In this document: piece by piece, positions 13,001 through 24,859 of the stretch
How the letters are laid out: the number at the start of each line of letters is the position of its first letter
Position numbering within the stretch: the first letter of the stretch is position 1
Origin: Lama glama
Taxonomy: Eukaryota
DNA: 64,000 nt
NCBI GenBank assembly: GCA_028534125.1
Contig: CM052817.1
Location: 53,260,001-53,324,000, forward strand
Reading direction: 5' to 3'
Translations under genes and position numbers: made by a program
Notes under the pieces: model-generated
Told to the model about the DNA's origin: nothing
Databases searched by the model: none
The model's input: only the letters and a program-made list of their open reading frames with translations

Positions 13001-13404
13001 TATATGCCTGTCACCATGTAGACAGCAATATTCTGCCAAAAGCAGATACCTATTTGATCACTGTTCAGATTCAGCCTATGTGCCATTACCAGAGAGAGTA
13101 AATTTCATGAAGTCAGGGCTCAGAAAGTTTTAGGCCTTCCCACTTGGCTACAGATAACGTGCAGGTTATGACTCACTATTTTCATATCCAAATCAGCCTT
13201 TCCACTTGACCTTCCCCAGGAAAACGAGTTACATGTATCAGTCACATTGACATTTACTGGATATGGCTATGTTTTCCCATCCTAGGGCGTAAACTATTTC
13301 ACTTCCTGCTGCTTCTTTTGTACTATCACTGCCTCTAAAAACCCTACTTCCTTCAAATCCACATCATCCATGACTCTTCCTTTTACATTCCCTGAATTGG
13401 GACT

Positions 13405-13408
<4 letters not shown>

Positions 13409-13440
<32 letters not shown>
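13409..13440. repeat. (TG)16 microsatellite
   Basis: Perfect dinucleotide run. Confidence 0.99.
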
Positions 13441-13441
<1 letters not shown>

Positions 13442-13444
13442 TCA

Positions 13445-13600
13445 AGTTTGTGTACTGTCTTCAATTCTATATGACTATGGGAATATGCCCTTTCTCATCT
13501 ACTATGTTAAAGAAAAGGATCATGCCTTGCTCGTGTTTATATTTTTTTAAAAGCAAATATCTGGAAACATTATGAGTTGATACATTTGTTGAGTTTAACT
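13445..13600 (+). mobile_element. L2 3' terminal fragment
   Basis: 'gaaaaggatcatgccttgctcgtgtttata...ctggaaacattatgagttgatacatttgttgag'. Confidence 0.45.
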
Positions 13601-14809
13601 TTTACTCATTAATGAGAACTTTTGCTCATTAATACAAGAAAAATAAATCAGTTCCTAATATCCAGTTTCCTAATATCCTTAGGTCAGCAATAAATAAAGA
13701 ATAACTTGTCACTGTCTTAGCTTTCTGCCAGTCAGTCCAGCTTCAAAAACAATGTTAAATTGCCTTTCCTTATTTACTTTTTTAAATAAGTGGTTTTATT
13801 CATATAATAATTATTTTGTATGAAGTTAATATTGCTTTTACAAGTTTAAATTATAATTATTATTTTCCTAGATGAGTTACATTTAATGTAAAAAATTATA
13901 CTTTTATAATAATTTGAGATCATAAAGGAAAAAGCATAAAAAATCTTAATTATAGAAGTAAATGTGTGAGTATGGTATTTACACAAAGAATGAAAGAAAA
14001 ATTCTGTACCATAAATAATTACTAAGCATTGTAAGCTCAATGCACAATTTTCCTAGTTATTCAAGCACATAAAATAAACCCTGAACTTGACATTCCAGGG
14101 ACCTATTTAAAAAAATCTTAGAAGATAATAATGTACTTTTGAAGCCATTTAATAAGCATTCAACCACGTTTCTTTTTTGAAATGAGCTTTTTTCCAGTTA
14201 AACTGGAAAAGAGAAAATGGCTGATACTTTTATTTGATGTGATAACCCCATATGTCAGAGTTATGGCATACAATTCAGATAGCACAAAGAAATAAAGACT
14301 AGCTTAAGGATATTTTTTTCTAATAGACAATTTTATGATTATAATAAATATTTCTTTATTAAAATCTCATGTTATCTGTTGATTTAAAGTGCATTAGATT
14401 ACCAGCTGATACTGAAGGCACTGCCGCAGATTTTAAATTGGGTGGTTACAAAGTAGTTCACTGACATGAGTACTCAATCTAGAGAATTGCTTAAGAAACC
14501 CATTAGAAAAATAATCTTTAAAATATTTTTCTGTCCTCAAGTGTGTCATAAGTTTCTATTAAATGGTCCTTTTTACTGACTGCATTATTGCCTATTGGTA
14601 TTATTTCTAAGGTCAGCAACTAATATTTTGAAAAGCAAAAACATGAATAGGAAGAGAGTGGCCTCAACAACAGAACATATTTCTTCCAGTGAAAGGTCAT
14701 CAAAATCTTTATTTGATCAGGAAAAGGGGATTTGTTCAACATAGGCAGTTGTCTCTTGATTTCTTGAATCATTGGGGAGCATAAAAATGGACCCTCAAGG
14801 GACTCACCA

Positions 14810-14960
14810 TTCTGAATAAAAGATCGGAGTTCTAAAATCCTGGTTCTGACAAAGGAATTGTATTCACCTCTCAACACTGAATGTATCTGTCTGAAAAAGA
14901 ATATCCTGGAAATATTACTAAGTGCGTAATGAAGATCTCTAAAGCTGTTTAAAGTGCCTA
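14810..14960 (+). mobile_element. MIR-family fragment
   Basis: 'aagatcggagttctaaaatcctggttctgac...ttcacctctcaacactgaatgtatctgtctgaaaaa'. Confidence 0.5.
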
Positions 14961-15169
14961 AGTGTTGAAAGTTACCAAAGTCATTTATGGTCCTAGGCAA
15001 GTGCTTAGTTTGTTTCAATTCTGAAAAAAAAGATTTAAGTGTACAATATAAAAAAGTGAGCATATTCCTCCCATTTCCCTATAAAAATGTTTGAAACGTC
15101 TGTAATCTATGTAGACATTCTGCTCCAGTGGGAAACATCAGAAAACTTTTCTCTAGTATATTTTACTTA

Positions 15170-15720
15170 TTCTTGTACTTATCCATTAAATATATTAATT
15201 GGGTGTCTAATATACAATAGTTACATGCTTAATCCTGAAGTATCATGATCTTATTTCAAATGCAGTGATCACAAATGTGTGCCAATTATGTGAACAGGAA
15301 GAAGGGGCAGCTATTCCAAACTGGAGTTGGTTAGCAACAGCTTCCACAAAGGAAGTGACAGGCTAAATTTCAGTAGGTGACTAAAGATTATTAGACTTAG
15401 AAAAGAGAAAAGGATATTAAAACCTAAGAGACAGTAAATGCTAATAAAAGTAGCACAGTGTACGTAGGGGAAATGATACTAATTTGGGTCTTTGGAAACA
15501 AAACACAAGGCACAGCACACTTAAACATGTGTCTGGAAAATAGAGGACACATAATAGCCACCCTTAAATATCAGGAAAAGTATTCTGTAAGTGACAGAAA
15601 ATCCTTGAATGCTTTGAAGCAAAGAAGCAGTGTTGTTAAACTGCATTTGATAAAGAACCTGGTGGCTTTCTAAGCTGTGGATTTGAGAGAAGCAAGAAGG
15701 CAGAAACATGCTAAAACAGA
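15170..15720 (-). mobile_element. Degraded L2
   Basis: 'atccattaaatatattaattgggtgtctaatatac...cagcttccacaaaggaagtgaca...aatccttgaatgctttgaagcaaagaagcagtgttgttaaactgcatttgataaag'. Confidence 0.55.
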
Positions 15721-16329
15721 AAAATTGAAATAAATCCCTGTTTTTTCTTCCTGTATTGGGAGAGTTGTGTGTGTATTCTTTTTATCCTAAATAATTAGTT
15801 GTTAAATAATTACCAACACACGACTGGCTGTACCCGACTAGTGATCAAAGACTACACTGTTCTCTTAAAAATCTTCAGAAGTAAAAGTAAGATACTATCA
15901 TTAGTCAAAAACATCTTTCCAATGCCTCAAAAAGCCATGCACATGCCATATCTAATTGACATGCTGAAATCAGTAAAACACATGTGTCTCTTAGCTACAC
16001 TAAAATACACAGATTAGACGTTTAAAGGGTTTGCATGTTATAATCTGTAAAGTAATGGCTTTCTCAATAGAAATAACTGCATTCACCAACGACGGAAGTT
16101 ATGCAGCCATGCTTTTGTATCGAGGGACCTCTGATTATCACAGTCCTGCCATCTGTCTCAATATTAGAAGTAAATTTCTACTTTTTTCCCAGAGGTTCTC
16201 TTATGTCACAACCGTTTACAGAAATCTCTGCATATACAAGTGTTATCAAGGAGGAAAAAATGTCAAAGGTACACACAAAACTGTATTTTTAAATAAAAAA
16301 ATCCGAATGCTAAATCAAATGCCACATAA

Positions 16330-16510
16330 TAATAAACATTAAGTATCCAATGTGTGAAGAACCGTGTTAAATGTTGTGTTAATATTTTACATATTAACCC
16401 ATGAAGTCCCTATGCAATATCCAGTTTATGAAAATCAGGACTCAGGATGATGGTGCTGTGCTAGTTGGATGATGACTGGAACCTAAGTCTGAGACCCCAG
16501 ACTGCTTTCT
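16330..16510 (-). mobile_element. MIR SINE
   Basis: 'aacattaagtatccaatgtgtg...ttttacatattaacccatgaagtcc...gaaaatcaggactcagga...ggaacctaagtctgagaccccag'. Confidence 0.55.
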
Positions 16511-16659
16511 CTTGTCTGGTTATCTAATCTGCCCTAACATTCTCCACAGTAAGTCTCTTTGGATGAAAATGAAAAAGGAAAACACTGGAAAATCTCACCA
16601 AGTTCAAACTAGATTACCAACACAGAAAATGAATTTCAGAAGATAAAACTTTGAGGCTC

Positions 16660-16890
16660 TGTTTAGTAACCCAAAGAGCACTGGCTTTAGAGTCACACAC
16701 ATCTTAATGAGATTCCCCGCTGCATCAGTCAGATGAGCTGGGTGAATGTGGGTAAATTAGTCAGCCAACATGGGCCTCAGTGCTATCATCTATAGCACGG
16801 TTATGAGAATTAAAAATGAAATTGCCTATAAAGCCTCTAGTGCAGACCCAGGTAATAATGAGTGCTCATTAGCAGGTTAGCATAATTGCT
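16660..16890 (+). mobile_element. MIR SINE
   Basis: 'aaagagcactggctttagagtcacacac...gctgggtgaatgtgggtaaatta...gggcctcagtgctatcatctat...ttatgagaattaaaaatga...gtgctcatta'. Confidence 0.75.
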
Positions 16891-17034
16891 ACTGCTGAAA
16901 GGTGAGCCAGAATAAGAAGTGAAGAGAATAGATACATCAACACATTTTTTTTTCAAAAGCAACACGCAACTGAGCGAACAGTAACACTTTCAGACACGGA
17001 GTTGACTTCAATCATTTTCTACAATGGAATTCTT

Positions 17035-17086
17035 TATATATCTATATCTATATACCTATCTAGATAGATATACATATATATATATC
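17035..17086. repeat. TA/TATC low-complexity repeat
   Basis: 'tatatatctatatctatatacctatctagatagatatacatatatatatatc'. Confidence 0.85.
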
Positions 17087-18339
17087 TTCGTTTTGTTTGC
17101 TGTTTAATTATAAACGGAGGCTCAAGAATGAAAAAAAAAAGATGAGAAAGGAAGATAGAACTGACTAGCTCTATACCACTCTAAAAATATAATTTCCCCG
17201 GGAAATTGTGACTAAAATGAAAATAATGCCATCAAATTAAATAATCATTATCAAATCTATAGGGTTTCTATGACTATTAAGGACACTGTTTTGAAAACTA
17301 GTAAGGAAAGATTAAATGAGCCTGACCTTTGCAAAGTATTAAAGACTTATTCTTACTTTCTGTTAACAAATACAAAATGAATTTATGGGAGTGAACAGTA
17401 AAACGTGGCAAATTATAAAAAGTAGTGTGGGACAAGACAGAAAGTGTTTATTACAACACAGTATCTTCTTCACCTGCCCCCAAAATTGATCTCAAAGGTT
17501 TAACATTCTGATAAATACTTTCAATCATATCTGGCAGCAATTAATCATTCCTGCTACAGGTGGGACCACTGTCACTTTCCCTCAGACAGCACTTCTTGGG
17601 TCATGTCAGTTTCTGCAAGCAACACTAGCATCACTTGTTGGTCCTCTTTTCACACTAAAGCAATGACTTGAGGGTGAAAGCAAAGCTACAGTTGATAATT
17701 GGCAAGATATATTCAAGAGTCGGAAACCAGCTTCCTGGATTAAAACATCCATCAATGTCTCAACCACTCTCCCTATCTGTCTCTCTTTAAGACATTTTTT
17801 TTTAAAAAATGAGTATCTGAGAAGAACTTTTTAAATCTTTGATATTTAGACACATAATGCAGAGAAAAGTACCTAACGCAAAGAAAAGTATTTCAGTTTC
17901 TTTTCTTCTACTTTCATTGTCATTGAAATTGAATCAGTATTGTGATTCTAACATTTTCGCTCTAACTTACTATTTAATATTGTGTTTCTATAAAAATATA
18001 ATAAGGAGATTATTAAAATGATTGGAATTCCTTCTATGTATGCAAATCATAATGAATATAGTTTTATCAAATCCTTAAATAATGTACAGGAGAAATTCAT
18101 AACTGTTCCTTGTCATAGTAAGTAATAACCTCACACACACAAACATACACACACCTTCTCCGTAAGAACACAGACAAAAATTTTCAAAAGCGTCACAAGG
18201 CAGAAACTTTCTCTTCACAGAGAAACATATTTGAGTAACACTCTTATTTAAACACACTGCTATTTGTATCACTGTTTGCTGAGGTGAAACAGATCTCAGT
18301 ATTTTCACCTCATTTTAATAGCCATAATTATATTATTTT

Positions 18340-18550
18340 CATTGAACTTTATTATGCACAAAGTTTCTTTATAAATATAAATAAATATCATCACTCATGA
18401 CCCTTATAATTTGGAAGTAGGCAGGGTAGAATCATTCTTCCTACTTTATAGACAATGAATCTGGGGGTTTAGACAGTCAGGAGGCGGGTAGGTAGCAGTG
18501 CTGAAATGATAATCCACTTCTGATTCTCTTATCACTGATCCTTTTCCTCT
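18340..18550 (-). mobile_element. MIR-family SINE
   Basis: 'gaagtaggcagggtagaatcattcttcctactttatagacaatgaatctggggg...gtagcagtgctgaaatgataatcc'. Confidence 0.55.
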
Positions 18551-18649
18551 ATCCAATGATCTGCTAAGCTACAGTGACCTTTAAAATACTTCTTAAGCTA
18601 AAAATATAATATTTATAAGAATAAGAAAATTTAACATGCCAAAACAAGA

Positions 18650-19200
18650 ACGTGTCAGGCACTAGTAAGATACCTAGACCCAAGGATAGATGGAATGCAA
18701 TTCAAGTTCTCAATAACTTCAAGGTCTATTGGGAGAAAAAAAAAATTATATTTAAAGAAATTACAACACAACAATATATTAAGAAAACGTAACTATTTAG
18801 GACATGTCTCATAGTGGCAGGAGATGAGGACTGATGCACAGCCAGGACATGGAAAGCCTTGAATGCCAATCCAAAGGATTTGATTTTTTTTCCCTTAAAG
18901 AATACAAATGAAATTAAGCAGGATAGTAATGAAATAAGACTTGCATTTTCAAAGTCTATATCAGCAGTAGTATAGAGAATAGATTGGAGGGCTATGAGGA
19001 GAGAGTTCAGAGGCTATTTTAAAAATACAGAACAAAGAGAGAAAAGAGAGTTGAAGTAAATAACAGAAAAAGGGGATTAAAATTATACAACACAAAACCA
19101 ATTAAATATTAAAAATAATGAATGACTGCCAACACATTTATAGAGAAAATGGTAGATGGTGGTACCATTCAACAAAATACATAATATATAACAAAATACA
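18650..19200 (-). mobile_element. Degraded L2
   Basis: 'gtgtcaggcactagtaagatacc...ggaaagccttgaatgccaatccaaaggatttgatt...taagcaggatagtaatgaaataagacttgcatttt...gagaatagattggagg'. Confidence 0.65.
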
Positions 19201-20719
19201 AGTCCCATGGGAGAATGAAGAAAGGTATTTCATCACCATCTGGTCACTCAGAGTTTGAAGGGCACAGGAACAGTGAACAACAAACCCCCCATGAAAAGCT
19301 AAACTGGGGAGAGAGGGATCCCTGAGAGATTGGCTTTAGTAGAAGGAACTGCAAATCTGAAAATCAAACACCCAGTTTCTAGATTTTTTTCAAAAAAAAA
19401 AGCACAAAAGAGGAGGAAATAATTCAACCACACTCCTCGAAGGCCAAACTACTAAGTTCCAGGTCATACATATTTTCATCTATGGCTGTTATTTAAAACA
19501 CCAAATAGAATACAATGACGAGAAATCAGTGATTTAGGGTCCTTCTTATGAGTGTATATTTGCTAAAGAGAGAGATACCTAGACACTTAGAAAATATGAA
19601 CCAATATTTTCCTACCTCCTTTAATAGAATTAGGATTAGTGGGGGCTAATGGATAACATATGGAAAACTGTGAATGGTTTTTCCTTTACCATAAAAAAAA
19701 TTTCAAATTTGCAATATTTGAAACCTAGAGAACAGTATGGTCTATCACTGTCACTAAGATACCCAGTAAAACATTGAAAAAGTATGAGTCATTGGATCCT
19801 TTAATGACACCAACTAAGACAGATTAAATTTCCTTTTCACCCCCCCTACTCTAGAACCCTCAAAGATAAATTTATTTTAGGTGAATCTTGTAACCAACTA
19901 TATGTGTAAAGAATACCATACAATTAAATTTTTGTGGCCTAGTCAAGTAATACACAAAACATCCTATAGTTAGCTTTTTAGAGGGTAAAAGTAATTTTCT
20001 CTAAGACAGAAATATGGTTGCTTTCTGAGAGTTTAACTGGTTAAAATAAATTTTACTTAAAATATAACATTAGCTATCTACTGTAGTGGGGATAAGCTCT
20101 CTCTCTGGTACAGTTAAAATACAAAGAAAAAGAACTTGAAATAGAATCAAAACATAACCATGTAAAACACACTGTATGGTGTATAAAGAATAAATTAAAA
20201 GGGAAGTGGCATACATAAGACCTACATAGACGGGACCTATAGTCCAATATGATTTAAAGATATTGATTAATTGGACAAACTGGAATCATCCCATTTAAAA
20301 AAAATAAATACAGGCAAATCGGAAAAAGAGACATAGTGATTGGTTTCAAGTCTATTGCCAAAATGATTAATATGATCAAAAGCATTAATAATGTTCCCTA
20401 TCTTACCAAATTAAAATACACAGAGACCCAAATACAGGAATTTGTTTGAAAGCTATGGTATATTTTAATTCACATAGTTGACGAAATTAAGAGAAAGGAC
20501 TTTGAACTCTAATGATCCAGGATGACGTGAATAAAATTCAACTGGCAGGTTTCTCATTAATGAGTTTTTGAACTACTAAAAACAGAATTTGAATTTTCCA
20601 TGCAAAAACTTATCACCAGTTGTCAAAAAAACAAACTATATTCATGGGATTTTGTATAACAAAAAGATTGCATAATGAAAAGCATGCGACATTTTAAATA
20701 AACTCAAATACGTACGTGG

Positions 20720-20895
20720 TATTATTGGAATCCTAGCCCCACTCTTACTAGTTATGAGTGATTCTCTAAGACTAATTTTCTCATCTGTTAAATAGGAACA
20801 ATAATAACTACCTTGAAGGGTTGTTATTAGATTGGAAATCACAAAGGTGTGGTACAAAGCAAATTTCCTGGTACTTAAAACACTCTCAAAAACAG
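20720..20895 (+). mobile_element. MIR SINE
   Basis: 'ggaatcctagccccactcttactagttatgagtga...ttttctcatctgttaaataggaacaataataactaccttgaagggttgttattagatt...cctggtacttaa'. Confidence 0.8.
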
Positions 20896-20989
20896 ACAGA
20901 AAATGCAAAAGTTTCACATTAGAGTCTTGAACTACCACAGACATATCACTTCCCTTCAAATAGTTTATAAACAGCAAGTTGTGTAACAC

Positions 20990-21418
20990 CATGCTATCCC
21001 TGTTCCCTATGAAATTCTTCCCCATAAATCCACATGACCTACTCAATCACATCCTTTAAGTCTTTGCTCAAAAACGACCTTATCAATGCCTATCTCGAAT
21101 TCTGAAATTTACTCACCCATTTCCACCCTTAGTATCCATCATTCCTCTGAATTTGGTCTTTTTTCTTTCTTTTTTCCCACAGCTGTTATCTCCACTTAAC
21201 ATTCAATGTATTTTACCTATTCATTACATTTATTAATTTCTACCTATACCTATTCATTATATTTACTCATTTCTATCTACAATTCCTTTCTAGACTATAG
21301 ACTTCAAATATCAGATTTATTTTGCTGTTTTGTTCTGTTCACTGATGTGTCCTAACATGTAGCATAGTGTCAGATACATGATATGTATTCCAAAATATTG
21401 GCATTTGAATGAATATAC
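20990..21418 (+). mobile_element. L2 3' end (L2a/b-like)
   Basis: 'ttcttccccataaatccacatgacctactc...cctttaagtctttgctcaaa...ttttgttctgttcactgatgtgtcctaac...atagtgtcagatacatg...ttgaatgaat'. Confidence 0.75.
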
Positions 21419-22539
21419 TAATTAGATAATCCCTGGTTCTAAAAAAACACAATTCCAAAGTTTATGAATAAACAAATACTAGAATGATAACTTCTCAAAA
21501 GAAAAAAGCGTCCTAATCTAATTTGAAATCATTATCTATCCTCCAATAGAATTAACAATAGCCACTTGTGCAACATCACTAGGTAATTCCATGTATTTTA
21601 CCTAACTCATTGAACTGCTTTTTGAAAATTCTCTCTACATCTTTATATTTGGATATACTATTTAATGTGTCAATGTCTCTTACCTATATAGTTTTTCAGG
21701 GTACTTTTTTGCTAAATAAAATATTAGAAGGATTTTCATGACAAGAACTGTGTGGTTGAGAGCAAAAGATATAATGTTATAAAAGGTTTTAGATATTCAA
21801 ACGCAGACATTCATATTCATCTATCTTTCCAATTCATCTGTGAGATGTAAGACCTGTACTCTCCTTGGATTCCATGGAATTAATTTTATTGCTTTTTAGC
21901 ACAGTGCTGTATCTCAAATATGCTTTCCCTTTACTTTGAAAAGATGCCACACCGGGATGTGCCTTGCATTTACTCAATGTAGGGGAAGAGGAACACTTAG
22001 AGATGCTAGAGACATTTATATTTAGGGCTCCTCATCAAATATTGCATTTAGGATAGCTGTACTTCTCCTGATCCCTGACCCCTTTAAGCCGGCTTAATTT
22101 ATTTTTTGGCCTGGAGGAAAGATTAGCTTCAGCTAAACCACAGATATATTTCTTAGAGAAACAAATGTTTCACAGAGTTCCCAGAACTGGCAGATTCCGG
22201 ATCTCTTTATTCTCTGAAATCTGACAGAATTCAAGTTCAAAGAAATGAGAATATAAGGCAGAGTTCATTTCATTGAGAATAACACAGAAGTTGATCTATG
22301 TCTAGTTTATATATAACTATGAACACTGAAATCTGAAATAATCGTTCAGACATTTTATTCTCTTAAATTCAATTAAACATAGCAATTTTATAAATGAATG
22401 GATTTTACACATAATAAAGCATGATTTATTCTGAAATGAGCAGTGAAAGCTTACTACACCCAAGGCTCTCCCACTGTTCCCAGGTAATAAAAAGTTGAAT
22501 AAGAAACAATCCTGATACTTGATAAGTTTACTATTTTTA

Positions 22540-23040
22540 ATAAACCAAAGCAAAAATTAGGATTATAGGAAGTACAAAAGAAGGACTGCTTAATTCTGAT
22601 TATAAGGATGAGTGAAAACTTTCAAAAGGAGTTTGTACTTGTTGAGGCCTTGAAGAATCTTTATGGTTTTGTTGAATGAGGTAAAAGGAGTCTAAAGTAA
22701 CTAACATGAAAAAGGCATATAAGCATAAAATTGCACAGATTACTAGAGGATTTCATAGGTGCCTGTTGTGACTGAACTTTAGTGTCAGGAGATTTGGGGG
22801 CAAGAAAGAGCTGGTAAAAAATGAGAGGACTGTTTAAGCCATATATATTTAGAATCTTATATGACAAAGTTAAAACATTAGATTTTACTGTGTTTGCCAT
22901 GGAAACTTTGAAGCATCAGAAGAGTGTCAAAATTCAGAAAGATGTTTGTTATTTTACACAAAAGTATAGGACTAGAGACTAGAGTATGAATCAAAATGTT
23001 AAATAGAATGATTATATAACTAAGTACATTGGGGTAGTAA
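22540..23040 (-). mobile_element. Degraded L2
   Basis: 'ggactgcttaattctg...gaggccttgaagaat...gatttt actgtgtttgccatggaaactttgaagcatcag'-like antisense L2 text. Confidence 0.55.
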
Positions 23041-23359
23041 TTGTGGCAAGATGTCATATTTTTCATTTTTGCCACCCTCACTTATAATTAAGATAACTAA
23101 ATTATAGCCCATGAATATCCTTTCAGTAAATAAATCTGTCTCTGAAGTCACCCTGAAGATACTGCTTTCTTGATTTTAGGAAACTAAAGATATAATTAAA
23201 TACTCATGCAAGGCAAGAATGTTAACCTAGTGCTAGAGACAGCAGAGTACCCAAACAGAAGTAGGTAAAGCTCTATGTGAACGGAGAATGGAGAGAAATT
23301 TTCAAACTGGAATGACAGCAATTCTTAATGACAGATTACAAATGTTCAGTATGAAGTCA

Positions 23360-24775
23360 GACTGTTAAAACTTGAATTTATTTTAAAATGCTGTGTACAA
23401 TAGAACTAAAAACTGAAATCCTTAGGAATAAATCTAAAATTTTTTTTTTTAAAAAACACTGATCTACAAGGACAACTAGAAAAATTGTTCAGGGAAATTA
23501 AGGAAAACTTTAAACATCTGAAAAAAAAATTGTGAGGAAAAAAAGGTATTTATGATTAGATCCCAAAATTGTAAAATAGCAATTCTCTGAAGTTGGTCTA
23601 TAGATTCAACATAATCCCAATTCAATATAACTCAATATAATATAATCAAAACATCAGAATTTTTTGTGTGTGAGACTAAACACACTTATTTTAAAATTTA
23701 ACAAGAAAGATCCTTCTAAGAAGAAAACATGGAAGAATTGCTTCTATGAGATTTCTAGTAATTTAAACAATGTGATAGGTAGATTTCCATGCTCTAACTC
23801 CCAGCAACTGTGATAATGTTGCTTTTTATGGGAAAAAAATCTTTCAGTTATGATTAAGGGCTAGAATCTCAAAACAGAAAGATTATCCTGGATCATCTGG
23901 GTGGGTTTAATCTAATTACAAATCCGTAACAGAAAAGCCGAGGAGTTAATAAGAGAAACATGAGGATAAATGAATAGACAGAAGAAATTCAAAGCCTTAG
24001 AGGGACCCAACTGAACATTACTGGCTTTGAGGTTGGAGCCAAGGAATGCAGGTAACATGTAGAAGCCAAGAACAGCTCTCAGTCTTACAAGCACAAGAAA
24101 CTGAATTCTGCCAACAAGCTAGATACCCCAGAAAGAAAGGCAGTCCTGCCAACACTTTGTTGTTAATGTACAGTGAGACCAGTATCCCATTTGTGAGCCA
24201 CATAACTGTAAAATAATAAATTTGCATTATTTTAAGCCACTAAGTTTATGGTAAATTGTAACAACCACAACAATTAATATAAACACTGTGATACTGGAGG
24301 AAAACTATATAGACAAGAAAATAAAAAAGAGTTCAGAAATAGTCCCATATGTATATCAACATTTCATATATGTAAGAGATAACTTTGAAAAATCAATGAG
24401 GAGATAATAATCTTTTCAGTATACAATCTAGGATAAATGTGTAACCATATGGAAAAATAATATTTGAATTTCCAAATATGTAAAGCAAAGAAGCAAAGAT
24501 CTTAGAAGGTAATAGAGAAGAGTATCTTCATGATATATTTAAAAGACGCCATTACAAGTACGGAAAAGCAAGGTTGAGAGTGGGAGAATGTATTTGCAAC
24601 ACACAGTATTATATAATATATACAGAACTCCTGTACATCTCCAGGAAAAGTCAGACCTCTTTGATAATTTGGTAAGAAACTTGAACTTTACTAAAAACAA
24701 AATCAATTGACCGGTATACAGAAGGAATAGTCACTGACTTCATTACTAAGAAGGAAAATTCATATTAAATCCAAA
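23360..24775 (+). mobile_element. Ancient L1M (L1ME-like) ORF2 remnant, left part (interrupted by MLT1 LTR)
   Basis: 'ccttaggaataaatctaa', 'aaaatagcaattctctgaagttggtctatagattcaacataatcccaa', then after the LTR 'gagttcagaaatagtcccatatgtatat', 'ggaaaattcatattaaatcc'. Confidence 0.7.
23771..24280 (+). mobile_element. MaLR solo LTR (MLT1D/E-like)
   Basis: 'gattatcctggatcatctgggtggg...ctggctttgaggttggagccaaggaatgcagg...caagaaactgaattctgccaacaa...aactgtaaaataataaatttgcattattttaagccactaagtttatggtaaattgtaaca'. Confidence 0.9.
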
Positions 24776-24859
24776 GCTCCTCTCCAAAATGAGCAGAGTA
24801 AGAGAAGGGGGTGGAGGAGGAAATTAAAGAGGACGGAAAAGAAGAGAAGAAAACGACTG

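Noticed and set aside
14620..15063. 147-aa minus-strand ORF, the longest not spanning the gap
   Set aside because: No recognisable domain, overlaps a MIR-like fragment, and has no supporting exon structure; consistent with chance.
20195..20245. Faint resemblance to gammaretroviral Gag matrix (KGKWHT...DGTY)
   Set aside because: Only a few residues, needs a stop and a frameshift; not distinguishable from chance without a search.
20642..21046. 134-aa minus-strand ORF
   Set aside because: Runs through MIR and L2 remnants; no protein family resemblance.
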